A stretch of DNA of 64,000 bases, from assembly GCA_963706125.1 (NCBI GenBank), contig CAVPLQ010000004.1, forward strand, positions 841,056 through 905,055, read 5' to 3'. The DNA comes from an uncultured Flavobacteriales bacterium (GTDB lineage Bacteria > Bacteroidota > Bacteroidia > Flavobacteriales_F > PHOS-HE28). The notes under the pieces are model-generated. The model saw only the letters and a program-made list of their open reading frames with translations. It was not told where the DNA came from and ran no database searches. Of the stretch, positions 56,418 to 64,000 are shown piece by piece. Position 1 is the first letter of the stretch, and each line of letters opens with the position of its first letter. A program made the translations under genes and the position numbers.

Positions 56418-57409
56418 ACCGTTTTCTTCAGGTCTTGGAAAAACAATTTCTCCTGCTCCGCCAGCGCGTCCAGCATGCCGGCCACTTCGTCGTACGACCC
56501 GGCCGGCGCGTTGCGGTCCCTGTAGATGCGGGATGCGGCCAGTGCGAAATCGCGCCATTGATCGCCGATGGCGGTCATGCGATGGCTCATCGGCATCCAT
56601 TCCGGATGTTCGGCGAGCTTGGAGGCTTCCTGCAGGAAAGCGGCGAAGATGTAGCGGAAGCCACCACCCCCGGTGCCGATCTCCTCCTGCATCCGCACGA
56701 TCTGACCGAGGTAATGGTTGGCTTTTTTGTTGCCCACTTTGCCCGGCCACTTGCGGATGAGATTCGCCATGTAGTGGATGCCCCGATAGCCTACCACGGG
56801 CACCGGTGCGAGCATGGTCCGGGAGGTGCGTGACACGCCTTTGCGGATGGCCGTTTTCCAGTCCACCTCTTCCGGGACGGACACAGGGAAGTACATCTGG
56901 CCCTTGGGCGCGAAAGCTCCTTTCGCGAAACGCACCTTCTCCAGCTCGGCCTCGCTCAGCTCCGTCACTACCTCCATCACCGGGTCGCTGATGAGGTAGT
57001 GATCGCCGCGCTTGCCGTACACGATCAGGTTGTGCGCATTGAAGTGGAAGCGGTATTCCGGAGGGAAGTAGGGCAGGTTGTACACGCCCACTTGAAGGCC
57101 CACGGGCCGACCTTGGTCCAAGCTGGCGTCCAAGGCGCGTTGCGCTTGCTTGGGGTCCTTGAATTTCCGCTGCTCCATCTTGATGCCGGTCCTTTTGGTG
57201 AAGGTGCGGAAGATCTGGCCAGGCATCGATCGGTAGGTGAAGGCGGGTGCTTGGTCCACCATCAGAAAAGGGATATGGCAGAAGAGCAGCCCGGAGCCGA
57301 TCCCGAAGACCATCGGCTCGCTCACCGCCTCTCCTTGGTACCGCAGCAGGCCGGAGATGACGCCGTTCTCACAGTGCGCCGATTGTTTGTGGGGGAACTG
57401 CTCGCTCAT
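56414..57409 (-). CDS. BtrH N-terminal domain / DUF4872-like protein (papain-fold acyltransferase-like)
   Basis: Start ATG 57409: MSEQFPHKQSAHCENGVISGLLRYQG, the conserved HCE(S/N)G opening of BtrH_N-domain proteins. 331 aa. The start overlaps the upstream stop (ATGA). Confidence 0.65.
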   Translation of the reverse strand: MSEQFPHKQSAHCENGVISGLLRYQGEAVSEPMVFGIGSGLLFCHIPFLMVDQAPAFTYRSMPGQIFRTFTKRTGIKMEQRKFKDPKQAQRALDASLDQGRPVGLQVGVYNLPYFPPEYRFHFNAHNLIVYGKRGDHYLISDPVMEVVTELSEAELEKVRFAKGAFAPKGQMYFPVSVPEEVDWKTAIRKGVSRTSRTMLAPVPVVGYRGIHYMANLIRKWPGKVGNKKANHYLGQIVRMQEEIGTGGGGFRYIFAAFLQEASKLAEHPEWMPMSHRMTAIGDQWRDFALAASRIYRDRNAPAGSYDEVAGMLDALAEQEKLFFQDLKKTV

Positions 57410-57813
57410 GCGGCGGGGACGGGGTGTTTCAATTGCTCCACCGTGATGTTGAAGGCATAGGCATACTTGCGCAGCAGCGGATCCTTTAACCGGCCGAACC
57501 GCTTCGGGTCGAAATGCCGTTTCACCCTCCACCGCCACAGGCCCACATGGGCCGCCAGCACCGTCAGGTCCATCCGGTTCAGTTCCATGTAGTACGCGAT
57601 GGGGCTTGCCTTTCCTTCCTGCATCCGTAGGCGGGCCTCCTCCGTCCGCCGGTGGATACGCTCCATGGCGTTGGAGAGCGCGGCGGCCTTGACCTCCCAG
57701 CCGGTGCTGTTCTCCGTGACGTAGTTGCCTTGCTCATCGGTGGCATAGCAGAGCTCGCGGAAGTTGGCGTTCGCCAGATCGCTCTCGTCCTGGGGCACCT
57801 CCGATTTTTTCAT
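57406..57813 (-). CDS. Hypothetical 135-aa protein, possible helix-turn-helix C-terminal half
   Basis: It is translationally coupled on both sides. SPIAYYMELNRMDLTVLAAHVGLWRWRVKRHFDP...LLRKYAYAFNITVEQL resembles an XRE-like HTH layout. No family recognised with confidence. Confidence 0.45.
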   Translation of the reverse strand: MKKSEVPQDESDLANANFRELCYATDEQGNYVTENSTGWEVKAAALSNAMERIHRRTEEARLRMQEGKASPIAYYMELNRMDLTVLAAHVGLWRWRVKRHFDPKRFGRLKDPLLRKYAYAFNITVEQLKHPVPAA

Positions 57814-58259
57814 GGTTCGCGCTGCTCGATCACAAAGTTCATGCTGCAGCTGAGCACGGTGCGACCGTCAACGGTCGACTCCACCTCCATGACGCACAGG
57901 CTCACCGGTCCGTTGGGCACGTGCGTCACCAACGTGGTACGTGTGGTGATCGTCTGGCGCGCCCGTGGCAAAGTGCCGATCTCGATGTTCTTCACTGCAC
58001 TGATGAAACCCAGTACCGGCACCCCGGCCTTGGCCTCCGGAAAAAAGCGCCGGCCCACGACGGCCGTGCTGGTTTGCGCCGCATGCTCGATCAGGCCCGC
58101 GCCGCTCAATTCACCGTCCTTCACGAAGAGGCAGCTATCGGCGATATGGAACCGGCAACTTGCGGAACGCACATCGAGGGTGACAAGCTCGTCCACCATG
58201 AGCATCGGTGCCCGGTGCGGCAGGAACTTCCTGATATCGAACTCCTCCGGAATGACCAT
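57810..58259 (-). CDS. Hotdog-fold dehydratase (ApeP-like 3-hydroxyacyl-ACP dehydratase)
   Basis: IRKFLPHRAPMLMVDELV is the LPHRxPMLLVD opening shared by aryl-polyene-cluster dehydratases. I preferred the start at ATG 58259 (1-nt overlap with the upstream stop); ATG 58292 is an alternative. Confidence 0.7.
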   Translation of the reverse strand: MVIPEEFDIRKFLPHRAPMLMVDELVTLDVRSASCRFHIADSCLFVKDGELSGAGLIEHAAQTSTAVVGRRFFPEAKAGVPVLGFISAVKNIEIGTLPRARQTITTRTTLVTHVPNGPVSLCVMEVESTVDGRTVLSCSMNFVIEQREP

Positions 58260-58699
58260 CAAGGCTCGGCGATCACGGTTTTCATCGTACACGCAGCGAT
58301 CACCTTGTCGTCCACGCGCACTTCGGTCTCCACCAAGGTGACCTCCATGAACTGAGTGACTACCCGGGCCGTGGTGCTCAGAACAGCGCCCACGGGCGGC
58401 AGGGCGTGGATCACCACGTCCTTGATGGCGCCTATATATCCGGTGGGCGTGGTCAGTTGCTTCAGGTGGAAGTCGTAGCCGGTATGCAATGCGATGGTCT
58501 GCGCCATGTGCTCAATGAGCCCCGCCGCCGTGAACGCCCCGCCCTGCGCCAACAGGTTGTCCTCCCGCACTTCCAGCCCCGCACATACCTCTTGCTCGGA
58601 GAATGACGTGAGCCGGTCCACCATAACGAACGGTGCGCGCTGCGGGATGAGCCCTTGGATGAAGGCGGGGTCCGTGATCGGTGCCTGCAACAGGTTCAT
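58259..58699 (-). CDS. Hotdog-fold dehydratase (ApeI-like)
   Basis: The N-terminus MNLLQAPITDPAFIQGLIPQRAPFVMVDRL is followed by GLIEHMAQT. 146 aa. Confidence 0.7.
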   Translation of the reverse strand: MNLLQAPITDPAFIQGLIPQRAPFVMVDRLTSFSEQEVCAGLEVREDNLLAQGGAFTAAGLIEHMAQTIALHTGYDFHLKQLTTPTGYIGAIKDVVIHALPPVGAVLSTTARVVTQFMEVTLVETEVRVDDKVIAACTMKTVIAEP

Positions 58700-59836
58700 T
58701 CAGCAGACCGTCAAATGCGCGTAGAAGTACGAGAATCGGGCGCTTTCCGGCACGCTCATCAGGATACGGTCGCCTTTCTTCAACCGGCCCGAGGCCTGCA
58801 GTTCCTCCACCATCAGGTAAATGGATGCCGCGCCCACGTTGCCCACGGCATGCAGGTTCAGGAACCACTTCTCCTTGGGTATCTCCAAGCCCTGCTCCTT
58901 CATCCGCGCATACAGGTCCTCCTCGAAATAGTAGGAGGAGATGTGCGGCAGGAAGTAGTCGATGTCATCCACGGAAACCCCATGGCGCTTCAGGGAAAGC
59001 CCCATGCTGTCCACGCCTTTTATCAAAATATTCTCCCCGAGCAAGCGCACATCCTGCTTCATGGCGAAGACCGACTGCTCCGCCCATAGGCGTGCCGGAA
59101 CCTCGCTCCACGGTTCCAAGTTGCCGTCCGCCCGCTTTTCGGCGCCGGCATACATGCAGGTCTCCAGTTCGAAGGCGTAGGAATGGCCTTCGATCCAATC
59201 GATCCGGATCGGACATGGCCCTTCTGGATGGTCCTGCAACAGGAACGCGCCGGCCCCGTCAGAGAGCATCCAACGCAGGAATTCCTTGCTGAAGGCGAGG
59301 ATGGGCTCCTTCTCCAGTTTCAATTGCGCGTCCACTTCCAGGTCGAACACCTCCGAGCGCATCCATGCCGAAGTGCGTTCGCTACCGGTGCAAATGGCGT
59401 TCTTCACTTCCCCGGCGCGCACGGCCAAGTAGCCGTAACGCAAGGCGTTCATGCCGGCGCAACAGGCACCGGAGGCGGAGTTGATCTCCATGTCGTGGTC
59501 CTTCAAGAGGCCATGCACCATGGCGGCGTGCGAAGGCATGATCTGGTCCGGGCTGGAGGTGCCGCAGGAGAGCAGGTCCACCTTGGCGTGCAGTTCCGCA
59601 TCATCACCGATGAGCCGATCGACGGCCTCTTTGGTGATCTCCGCATTATTGTGCGTTATGTTCCGTTCGGCGTCGATGGCATAGTAGCGGGTCCGTATAC
59701 GGTTCTGCCGTAGGACCAGCCGACGCACCCGGGAGGCTTTCCCGTTCAGGATGCCCAGCCGGGACTCCATCTCCTCGTTGTCCACCGGGGCATTTGGAAG
59801 GAATTTCGAAATGCGATTGATGAAGACGTCATTCAT
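58700..59836 (-). CDS. darB: Beta-ketoacyl-ACP synthase III family enzyme (DarB-type, dialkylresorcinol pathway)
   Basis: KAS III layout with the active-site region INSASGACCAGMNALRYG and the C-terminal NLHAVGNVGAASIYLMVEEL. It lies directly upstream of a DarA-like gene. Confidence 0.7.
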   Translation of the reverse strand: MNDVFINRISKFLPNAPVDNEEMESRLGILNGKASRVRRLVLRQNRIRTRYYAIDAERNITHNNAEITKEAVDRLIGDDAELHAKVDLLSCGTSSPDQIMPSHAAMVHGLLKDHDMEINSASGACCAGMNALRYGYLAVRAGEVKNAICTGSERTSAWMRSEVFDLEVDAQLKLEKEPILAFSKEFLRWMLSDGAGAFLLQDHPEGPCPIRIDWIEGHSYAFELETCMYAGAEKRADGNLEPWSEVPARLWAEQSVFAMKQDVRLLGENILIKGVDSMGLSLKRHGVSVDDIDYFLPHISSYYFEEDLYARMKEQGLEIPKEKWFLNLHAVGNVGAASIYLMVEELQASGRLKKGDRILMSVPESARFSYFYAHLTVC

Positions 59837-60761
59837 GGGGAGCGAACGGTCGGACCGTGGAGTAATATGCCTTGTCTCTTTTCAACCGTCCTGCGGTAAA
59901 GGGCCAAAGCAGCACGAACACCACCATGGCCACCGGTGACAACAGCCAAATGGCGGCGTTAAGATAACACCTGAACACGGGTACCCATGCGGAACGGGCA
60001 CGGGAGCCCTTCGGCCCACGCGCCTTGATGAAGGGCGCCCACTTGGAGAAAATGACGTTGCCGCGCTTGTCGATCACCATCAGCACCGCGCGGATCCGCA
60101 CCGCTCCCAACGCCAGCAGCTCGTTCTGCAGGCCTTGGAAAGACGGCCCTAGGAGCGCCCGCCGGATCGGTGCGCCGAAACGTGCCGAAGCCTCGATATC
60201 CTTTTCATCCACGCCCGGTTTGGGGAATATGCCCAAGTAGCGGCTCTTTTTCCCGCTGAACATCCAATGCGCGATGGTGATCACGCTGATGTGGTTGATG
60301 TGCCGGTCCACCAACGCGATGTGCCCGACATGCACGGCCTGCACAGCCGCCAACCGGGCCTTCAGCTTTTCCTGGGCCATCAACCACATGTTGCGGCAGG
60401 CCACCAATGTCACCACCGGCGTATCCCGGAAAAGCTCCTTGGCCACGGGGTGCATCAGGAAGGAGTTCACCGGTATGGCCGGCGTAAGGAACCAGACCTG
60501 GTAGCCGAGGATGATCAGGTCGTAGCGTTGGTGAAGCAGAGCTTCGTCACCGAGGTCCAGCGCACAGGGCTCCTGCAAATGGGTCTCCGGGAAGGTGTCA
60601 AAGAACTCCTTCGCGCCCCATGGGAAGGGGAATGCGGCTTCCGGCCGGATGCGGTAGTGGAACAGCTCAACGCCCTCGCCCGCCAACGTTCCGCATACCC
60701 GGTCGAGGATCTCCGTAAGCTGGCCCGATTGGGTGTAGTGCAATACCAATACTTTCTTCAT
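59829..60761 (-). CDS. darA: Dialkylresorcinol-condensing enzyme DarA-like
   Basis: Start ATG 60761: MKKVLVLHYTQSGQLTEILDRV, a flavodoxin-like opening typical of DarA. About 310 aa with a C-terminal hydrophobic segment. Adjacency to the KAS III gene reproduces the darAB pair. Confidence 0.68.
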   Translation of the reverse strand: MKKVLVLHYTQSGQLTEILDRVCGTLAGEGVELFHYRIRPEAAFPFPWGAKEFFDTFPETHLQEPCALDLGDEALLHQRYDLIILGYQVWFLTPAIPVNSFLMHPVAKELFRDTPVVTLVACRNMWLMAQEKLKARLAAVQAVHVGHIALVDRHINHISVITIAHWMFSGKKSRYLGIFPKPGVDEKDIEASARFGAPIRRALLGPSFQGLQNELLALGAVRIRAVLMVIDKRGNVIFSKWAPFIKARGPKGSRARSAWVPVFRCYLNAAIWLLSPVAMVVFVLLWPFTAGRLKRDKAYYSTVRPFAPHE

Positions 60762-61657
60762 GCCTCCGAGCCTTGCCCCCAAAAGTCATAATAATTGAAC
60801 CACTGCAGGGGGTAATTACGCACCATGCCTTCGAGGTCTTTGATATACTTTCCCAGCAGGTCCATCGCATCACCGCGCACCACATCGGTCTGGCGCGCGT
60901 AGAGGTGATAGTGCCCCTTTGGCTCCTTCATCACATGGACGAACAAGACCTCGGGACGGATGCGCGAGCCGAGCATGAAGGGCCCGGCCGGGAATCGCGC
61001 GGTGTGGCCCAGAAAGGGTGCCTGCAAGTACTTCATGCCCGCTGAATACCGATCGCCGGTGAGGACGATGAGCTCGTTGGCCGCCAAGGCTTGGCTCATA
61101 TGAAACACGTGGCTCATGTCCTCTTGGTAGAGGATGAACTTCACGTTGGATCTTTTGGTGACCTTCTCAAGGTATTCTTTGATCTCCGAACGCTCACGGT
61201 CGTTGGTGAGCAGGTTGATCACCGGCTGTTCCGAAAGTCCGCCCAGGAAGTGCTCTGCGATCTCGAAGTTGCCTATATGGGCGCTGATCAAGATCCCACC
61301 TCGTCCCTTCTTCAAAAGTTCCAAGATCCGCTCCACGCCATCCATCTGGAACGTGAACTGGTCCTGTAGCCCGGAGGAGATGGCGACCTTGTCGATGATG
61401 GTCTGGCCGAAGGTGAAGTAGCTCCAATAGACCGAGGTGGCGCTATGGATCGCCGAGCGGCCGAGCCCGTGCCTGAAATAGCGATACGTGCTACGGGTGC
61501 TGGTCGGCGAGAAGAAGCAGTAGTAGAAAGCCACAAAGACAAGCAGTCCGTATGCCGCCTTCACGCCGAAGGTGTGCATCAGCCATACAAAGATCCGATG
61601 CCCGGTCACCGTTCCCTTGGATCGGCCTTGCCATTCCTCGGCCATCTTGGGTGTCAC
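60758..61657 (-). CDS. Lipid A biosynthesis (LpxL/HtrB-like) lysophospholipid acyltransferase family protein
   Basis: 299 aa with an N-terminal TM. GGILISAHIGNFEI resembles the HxxxxD/E-region context of LpxL-family acyltransferases. The position matches aryl-polyene clusters. Confidence 0.65.
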   Translation of the reverse strand: MTPKMAEEWQGRSKGTVTGHRIFVWLMHTFGVKAAYGLLVFVAFYYCFFSPTSTRSTYRYFRHGLGRSAIHSATSVYWSYFTFGQTIIDKVAISSGLQDQFTFQMDGVERILELLKKGRGGILISAHIGNFEIAEHFLGGLSEQPVINLLTNDRERSEIKEYLEKVTKRSNVKFILYQEDMSHVFHMSQALAANELIVLTGDRYSAGMKYLQAPFLGHTARFPAGPFMLGSRIRPEVLFVHVMKEPKGHYHLYARQTDVVRGDAMDLLGKYIKDLEGMVRNYPLQWFNYYDFWGQGSEA

Positions 61658-61662
61658 GGCCC

Positions 61663-61905
61663 TCAGGCCAATTTTCGTTCGATCAGCTCATAGAGGTCCT
61701 GCAGGGTCTTCACCCCCACGAAGTCCTCGCCCACGAGCTTCACTCCGAAACTGTCCTCCACGGCGACCACAAGATCGACCAGGTCCAGACTGTCCAGCTC
61801 CAATGTCTCCCTCAGGTCCGCATCAGGCTTTAACTGGCCCGGCTCCACCTCGAATTCCTCGATCAGGAACTTGTCTACGTTCTTCGCTATTTCTGCCTTA
61901 TCCAT
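61663..61905 (-). CDS. Acyl carrier protein (second ACP of the cluster)
   Basis: 80 aa. LRETLELDSLDLVDLVVAVE contains the DSL attachment motif. Confidence 0.88.
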   Translation of the reverse strand: MDKAEIAKNVDKFLIEEFEVEPGQLKPDADLRETLELDSLDLVDLVVAVEDSFGVKLVGEDFVGVKTLQDLYELIERKLA

Positions 61906-63127
61906 GCGCGTGCATTCCTTTCAATACCAGAGCTGAATTTGTGCCACCAAAGCCAAAGGAATTGGACAAAATTACGTCGACATCCCTTAACATGGCCGAT
62001 CGCACCAAGCGCAGCTTCGCCGAGTCCTCGTCGGTGTGCTCCAGATTGATGTTGGGCGCCAGGAAGGAATGCTGCATCATCAACAGGGAGTAGACCACCT
62101 CGCTGGCCCCTGCCATCCAGCATTCATGGCCGGTCATGCTCTTGGTGGAGCTCACGAACGGCCCCTTGTCGCCGAAGATGCTGAAGATGGCCTTGGCCTC
62201 ATTAGCATCACCGAGGGGGGTGGAGGTGGCGTGGGCATTGATGTAATCCACCTGTGCGGGGTCCATGCCCGCCTGTTCCAGGGCCATGCGCATGGCCCGC
62301 GCGGGGCCTTCCGCATTGGGGGTTGAGATGTGGTCGCCATTGGAAGAGAAGCCATAGCCCACCAGTTCGGCCAAGATGGGCGCACCCCGCTCCATGGCGG
62401 ACTCATAGCTTTCGAGTATCAGGGTAGCGGCACCTCCACTGGGGATCAGCCCATCGCGGTCGCGGTCGAAGGGCCTGCACGCTTTGGTGGGGTCCTTTTC
62501 GTTCACCGAGAACACACCCAGCCCGTCAAAGCTGCCCATGGCGAACTCGTTCACCTCCTGCGCACCACCGGCGATCACCATTTTCTGGAGGCCGTTCGTG
62601 ATCAACAGGTAGGCCATGCCCAGCGCATGGGAGCCACTGGCGCATGCGGCCGAGATGGTGCTGTTGATGCCCCTGAGCCTGTAAATGGTGCTGAGGTTCA
62701 TGGTCACCGTGGAGTTCATGGCCTTGAAGATGGCCCCCGATCCCACGAGGCTGGTGTCCTTCTTTTCCCTCACCTTATCCCACGATTCGATCACCGACTT
62801 CGCCGTGCTGTCGTTCCCGAACAGGATGCCGACCTCGTTGCGGTCAAGGTATTCCTGATCGATCCGGGCATTGGCCAAGGCCTCCTGGGTGCTCATGAAG
62901 GCGTACGCGGTCTCCTCGCCCATGCTCACCCGCTGCCTGCGCGAAAGGAACGGTTTCAGGTCCGGCTCGTCCACCATGCCGGTGAGGCACGAACGGTAGC
63001 CGTAGGCCTCCCGGGCCGCGTCGCGGACAATGCCCGAGCGCCCGGCCATCAAGGACTCCTTCACTTCCGCGAGATCCTTCCCGATGCAGGACCAGATGCC
63101 CATGCCGGTGATCACTACCCTGTGCAT
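61898..63127 (-). CDS. fabF: Beta-ketoacyl-ACP synthase II-like (FabF family)
   Basis: Start ATG 63127 (MHRVVITGMGIWSCIG); ATG 63139 is an alternative. Blocks: active-site ISAACASGSHALGMAYLLI, NAHATSTPLGD, KSMTGHECWMAG. The upstream part of the 584-aa ORF-track entry is read-through across fabG. Confidence 0.88.
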   Translation of the reverse strand: MHRVVITGMGIWSCIGKDLAEVKESLMAGRSGIVRDAAREAYGYRSCLTGMVDEPDLKPFLSRRQRVSMGEETAYAFMSTQEALANARIDQEYLDRNEVGILFGNDSTAKSVIESWDKVREKKDTSLVGSGAIFKAMNSTVTMNLSTIYRLRGINSTISAACASGSHALGMAYLLITNGLQKMVIAGGAQEVNEFAMGSFDGLGVFSVNEKDPTKACRPFDRDRDGLIPSGGAATLILESYESAMERGAPILAELVGYGFSSNGDHISTPNAEGPARAMRMALEQAGMDPAQVDYINAHATSTPLGDANEAKAIFSIFGDKGPFVSSTKSMTGHECWMAGASEVVYSLLMMQHSFLAPNINLEHTDEDSAKLRLVRSAMLRDVDVILSNSFGFGGTNSALVLKGMHAHG

Positions 63128-63138
63128 GCCCTGTGCCA

Positions 63139-63888
63139 TCAGGAATAGATACCGCCGTTGATGTTGATGACCTCCCCGGTGATGTACGACGCCTTGGGCG
63201 AAGCGAGGAAGGACACCAAGTGCGCCACTTCCTCCGCAGTGCCGAAACGGTTGGCCGGCACGAGCTTTTTCAGGTTGGCCTCGTCCAGGTCCTTGGTCAT
63301 GTCCGTGCTGATGAAGCCGGGCGCCACGGCGTTCACCGTGATGTTGCGCTTGGCCACTTCCTGGGCGAGCGCCTTGGTGGCCGCCACCACCGCCCCTTTC
63401 GCGGCGGAATAGTTGACCTGACCGGGCGTCCCTTTCACGCCGGACACGGAGGCCATGTTGATGATGCGGCCGGAGCGGCGCACGATCATGTCCTGTATCA
63501 GCGCACTGGTGACGTTGAAGAAGCCGTTGAGGCTGGTGTCCAGCACGGTGCTCCATTCCTCCGGCTTCATCCACACGAAGAGGTTGTCCTTGGTCACGCC
63601 CGCATTGTTCACCACCACCTCGATCACGGCGTCCGGATGGGCTTCGCGCCAAGCGTTCAAGGCGGCGTTCACCTCCCCGGCATCGGCCACGTCGAAATGG
63701 ATGGCCTCCCCGTGGCCCCCGGCGGCGGTGATCTGCTTCACCACCTCCGCGGCGGCGTCCTTGCCGGACCGGTAATTCACCAGGATGGCCAATCCGTGGT
63801 CGGCCGCCAGCTGCTTGCAGATGGCACGGCCGATGCCGCGCGATCCGCCGGTGACCAGCGCATACTTCGTCTTTGGACCTTCGCTCAT
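63139..63888 (-). CDS. fabG: 3-oxoacyl-ACP reductase (SDR)
   Basis: Start ATG 63888. The blocks YALVTGGSRGIGRAI, NNAGV and SVSGVKGTPGQVNYSAAKGAV (YxxxK) are classical SDR/FabG blocks. Confidence 0.9.
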   Translation of the reverse strand: MSEGPKTKYALVTGGSRGIGRAICKQLAADHGLAILVNYRSGKDAAAEVVKQITAAGGHGEAIHFDVADAGEVNAALNAWREAHPDAVIEVVVNNAGVTKDNLFVWMKPEEWSTVLDTSLNGFFNVTSALIQDMIVRRSGRIINMASVSGVKGTPGQVNYSAAKGAVVAATKALAQEVAKRNITVNAVAPGFISTDMTKDLDEANLKKLVPANRFGTAEEVAHLVSFLASPKASYITGEVININGGIYS

Positions 63889-63913
63889 ATCTCGTCGATC
63901 AAGTACGGGGAGC

Positions 63914-64000
63914 TCACTTGCTGAACACCTCCGCGTTCTGGTACCAGTGGCCGCCGATGGGCTCGCCCTTTTCATTGATGTAGCCCCAATCCTTGCCTTT
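63914..64000 (-). CDS. C-terminal fragment of an unidentified protein (WG-repeat-like); the gene begins beyond the window end
   Basis: Reverse translation gives ...KGKDWGYINEKGEPIGGHWYQNAEVFSK-stop (stop 63916-63914). The WGYI(N/D)xxG pattern resembles WG/KWG repeats. Only 28 codons are visible. Confidence 0.3.
   Translation of the reverse strand, partial: KGKDWGYINEKGEPIGGHWYQNAEVFSK

Noticed and set aside
1-64000. tRNA, rRNA, tmRNA, integrase, transposase or prophage signatures that could delimit a mobile island around 33-36.5 kb.
   Set aside because: No cloverleaf-like sequences, rRNA-like stretches or recombinase/transposase motifs were seen in any intergenic region or ORF translation. 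I also found no direct repeats flanking the 33-36.5 kb module by eye.

Overview
This 64-kb window appears to come from a high-GC member of the Bacteroidota. I infer the phylum from T9SS type-A and type-B C-terminal sorting domains, a flexirubin-type gene set, and Bacteroidota-style WYL and DUF4412 proteins. I support about 60 protein-coding genes. I found no rRNA, tRNA, CRISPR array, integrase or transposase. Layout: (i) 1-33 kb holds housekeeping genes (ispG fragment, hemW, rluB, yraN, metF, ribE, pepA, pdxA). These are interleaved with envelope and secreted proteins. They include an ECF sigma / anti-sigma-like / adhesin locus with two tandem NIDO-like T9SS adhesins, a third giant T9SS type-B protein, a T9SS M1 aminopeptidase, and a haem-c::copper-monooxygenase-like protein paired with a TlpA-like redoxin. 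(ii) 33.0-36.5 kb holds a compact WYL regulator - DUF2130 - B12-radical-SAM module, in which two of the three genes are disrupted. (iii) 36.6-64.0 kb, entirely on the minus strand, is a flexirubin-type aryl-polyene/dialkylresorcinol biosynthetic cluster. It carries darA/darB, four KS-type units, two ACPs, hotdog dehydratases, a LolA-like protein, a deacetylase, a GT2-DUF2062 protein, a trifunctional MMPL/acyltransferase/methyltransferase gene and an ABC-2 exporter. At its downstream end sits an unusual tailoring block: PaaK-like ligase, C45 acyltransferase-like lipoprotein, JmjC cupin and FAD oxidoreductase. The cluster runs off the window edge. Two cross-cutting observations. First, six reading-frame disruptions (five frameshifts and one in-frame TAG) fall in otherwise well-conserved genes; they are either assembly indels or real pseudogenisation. 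Second, four intergenic composite palindromes are built from iterated 7-12 nt words. All family calls come from reading motifs by eye; no database search was possible.
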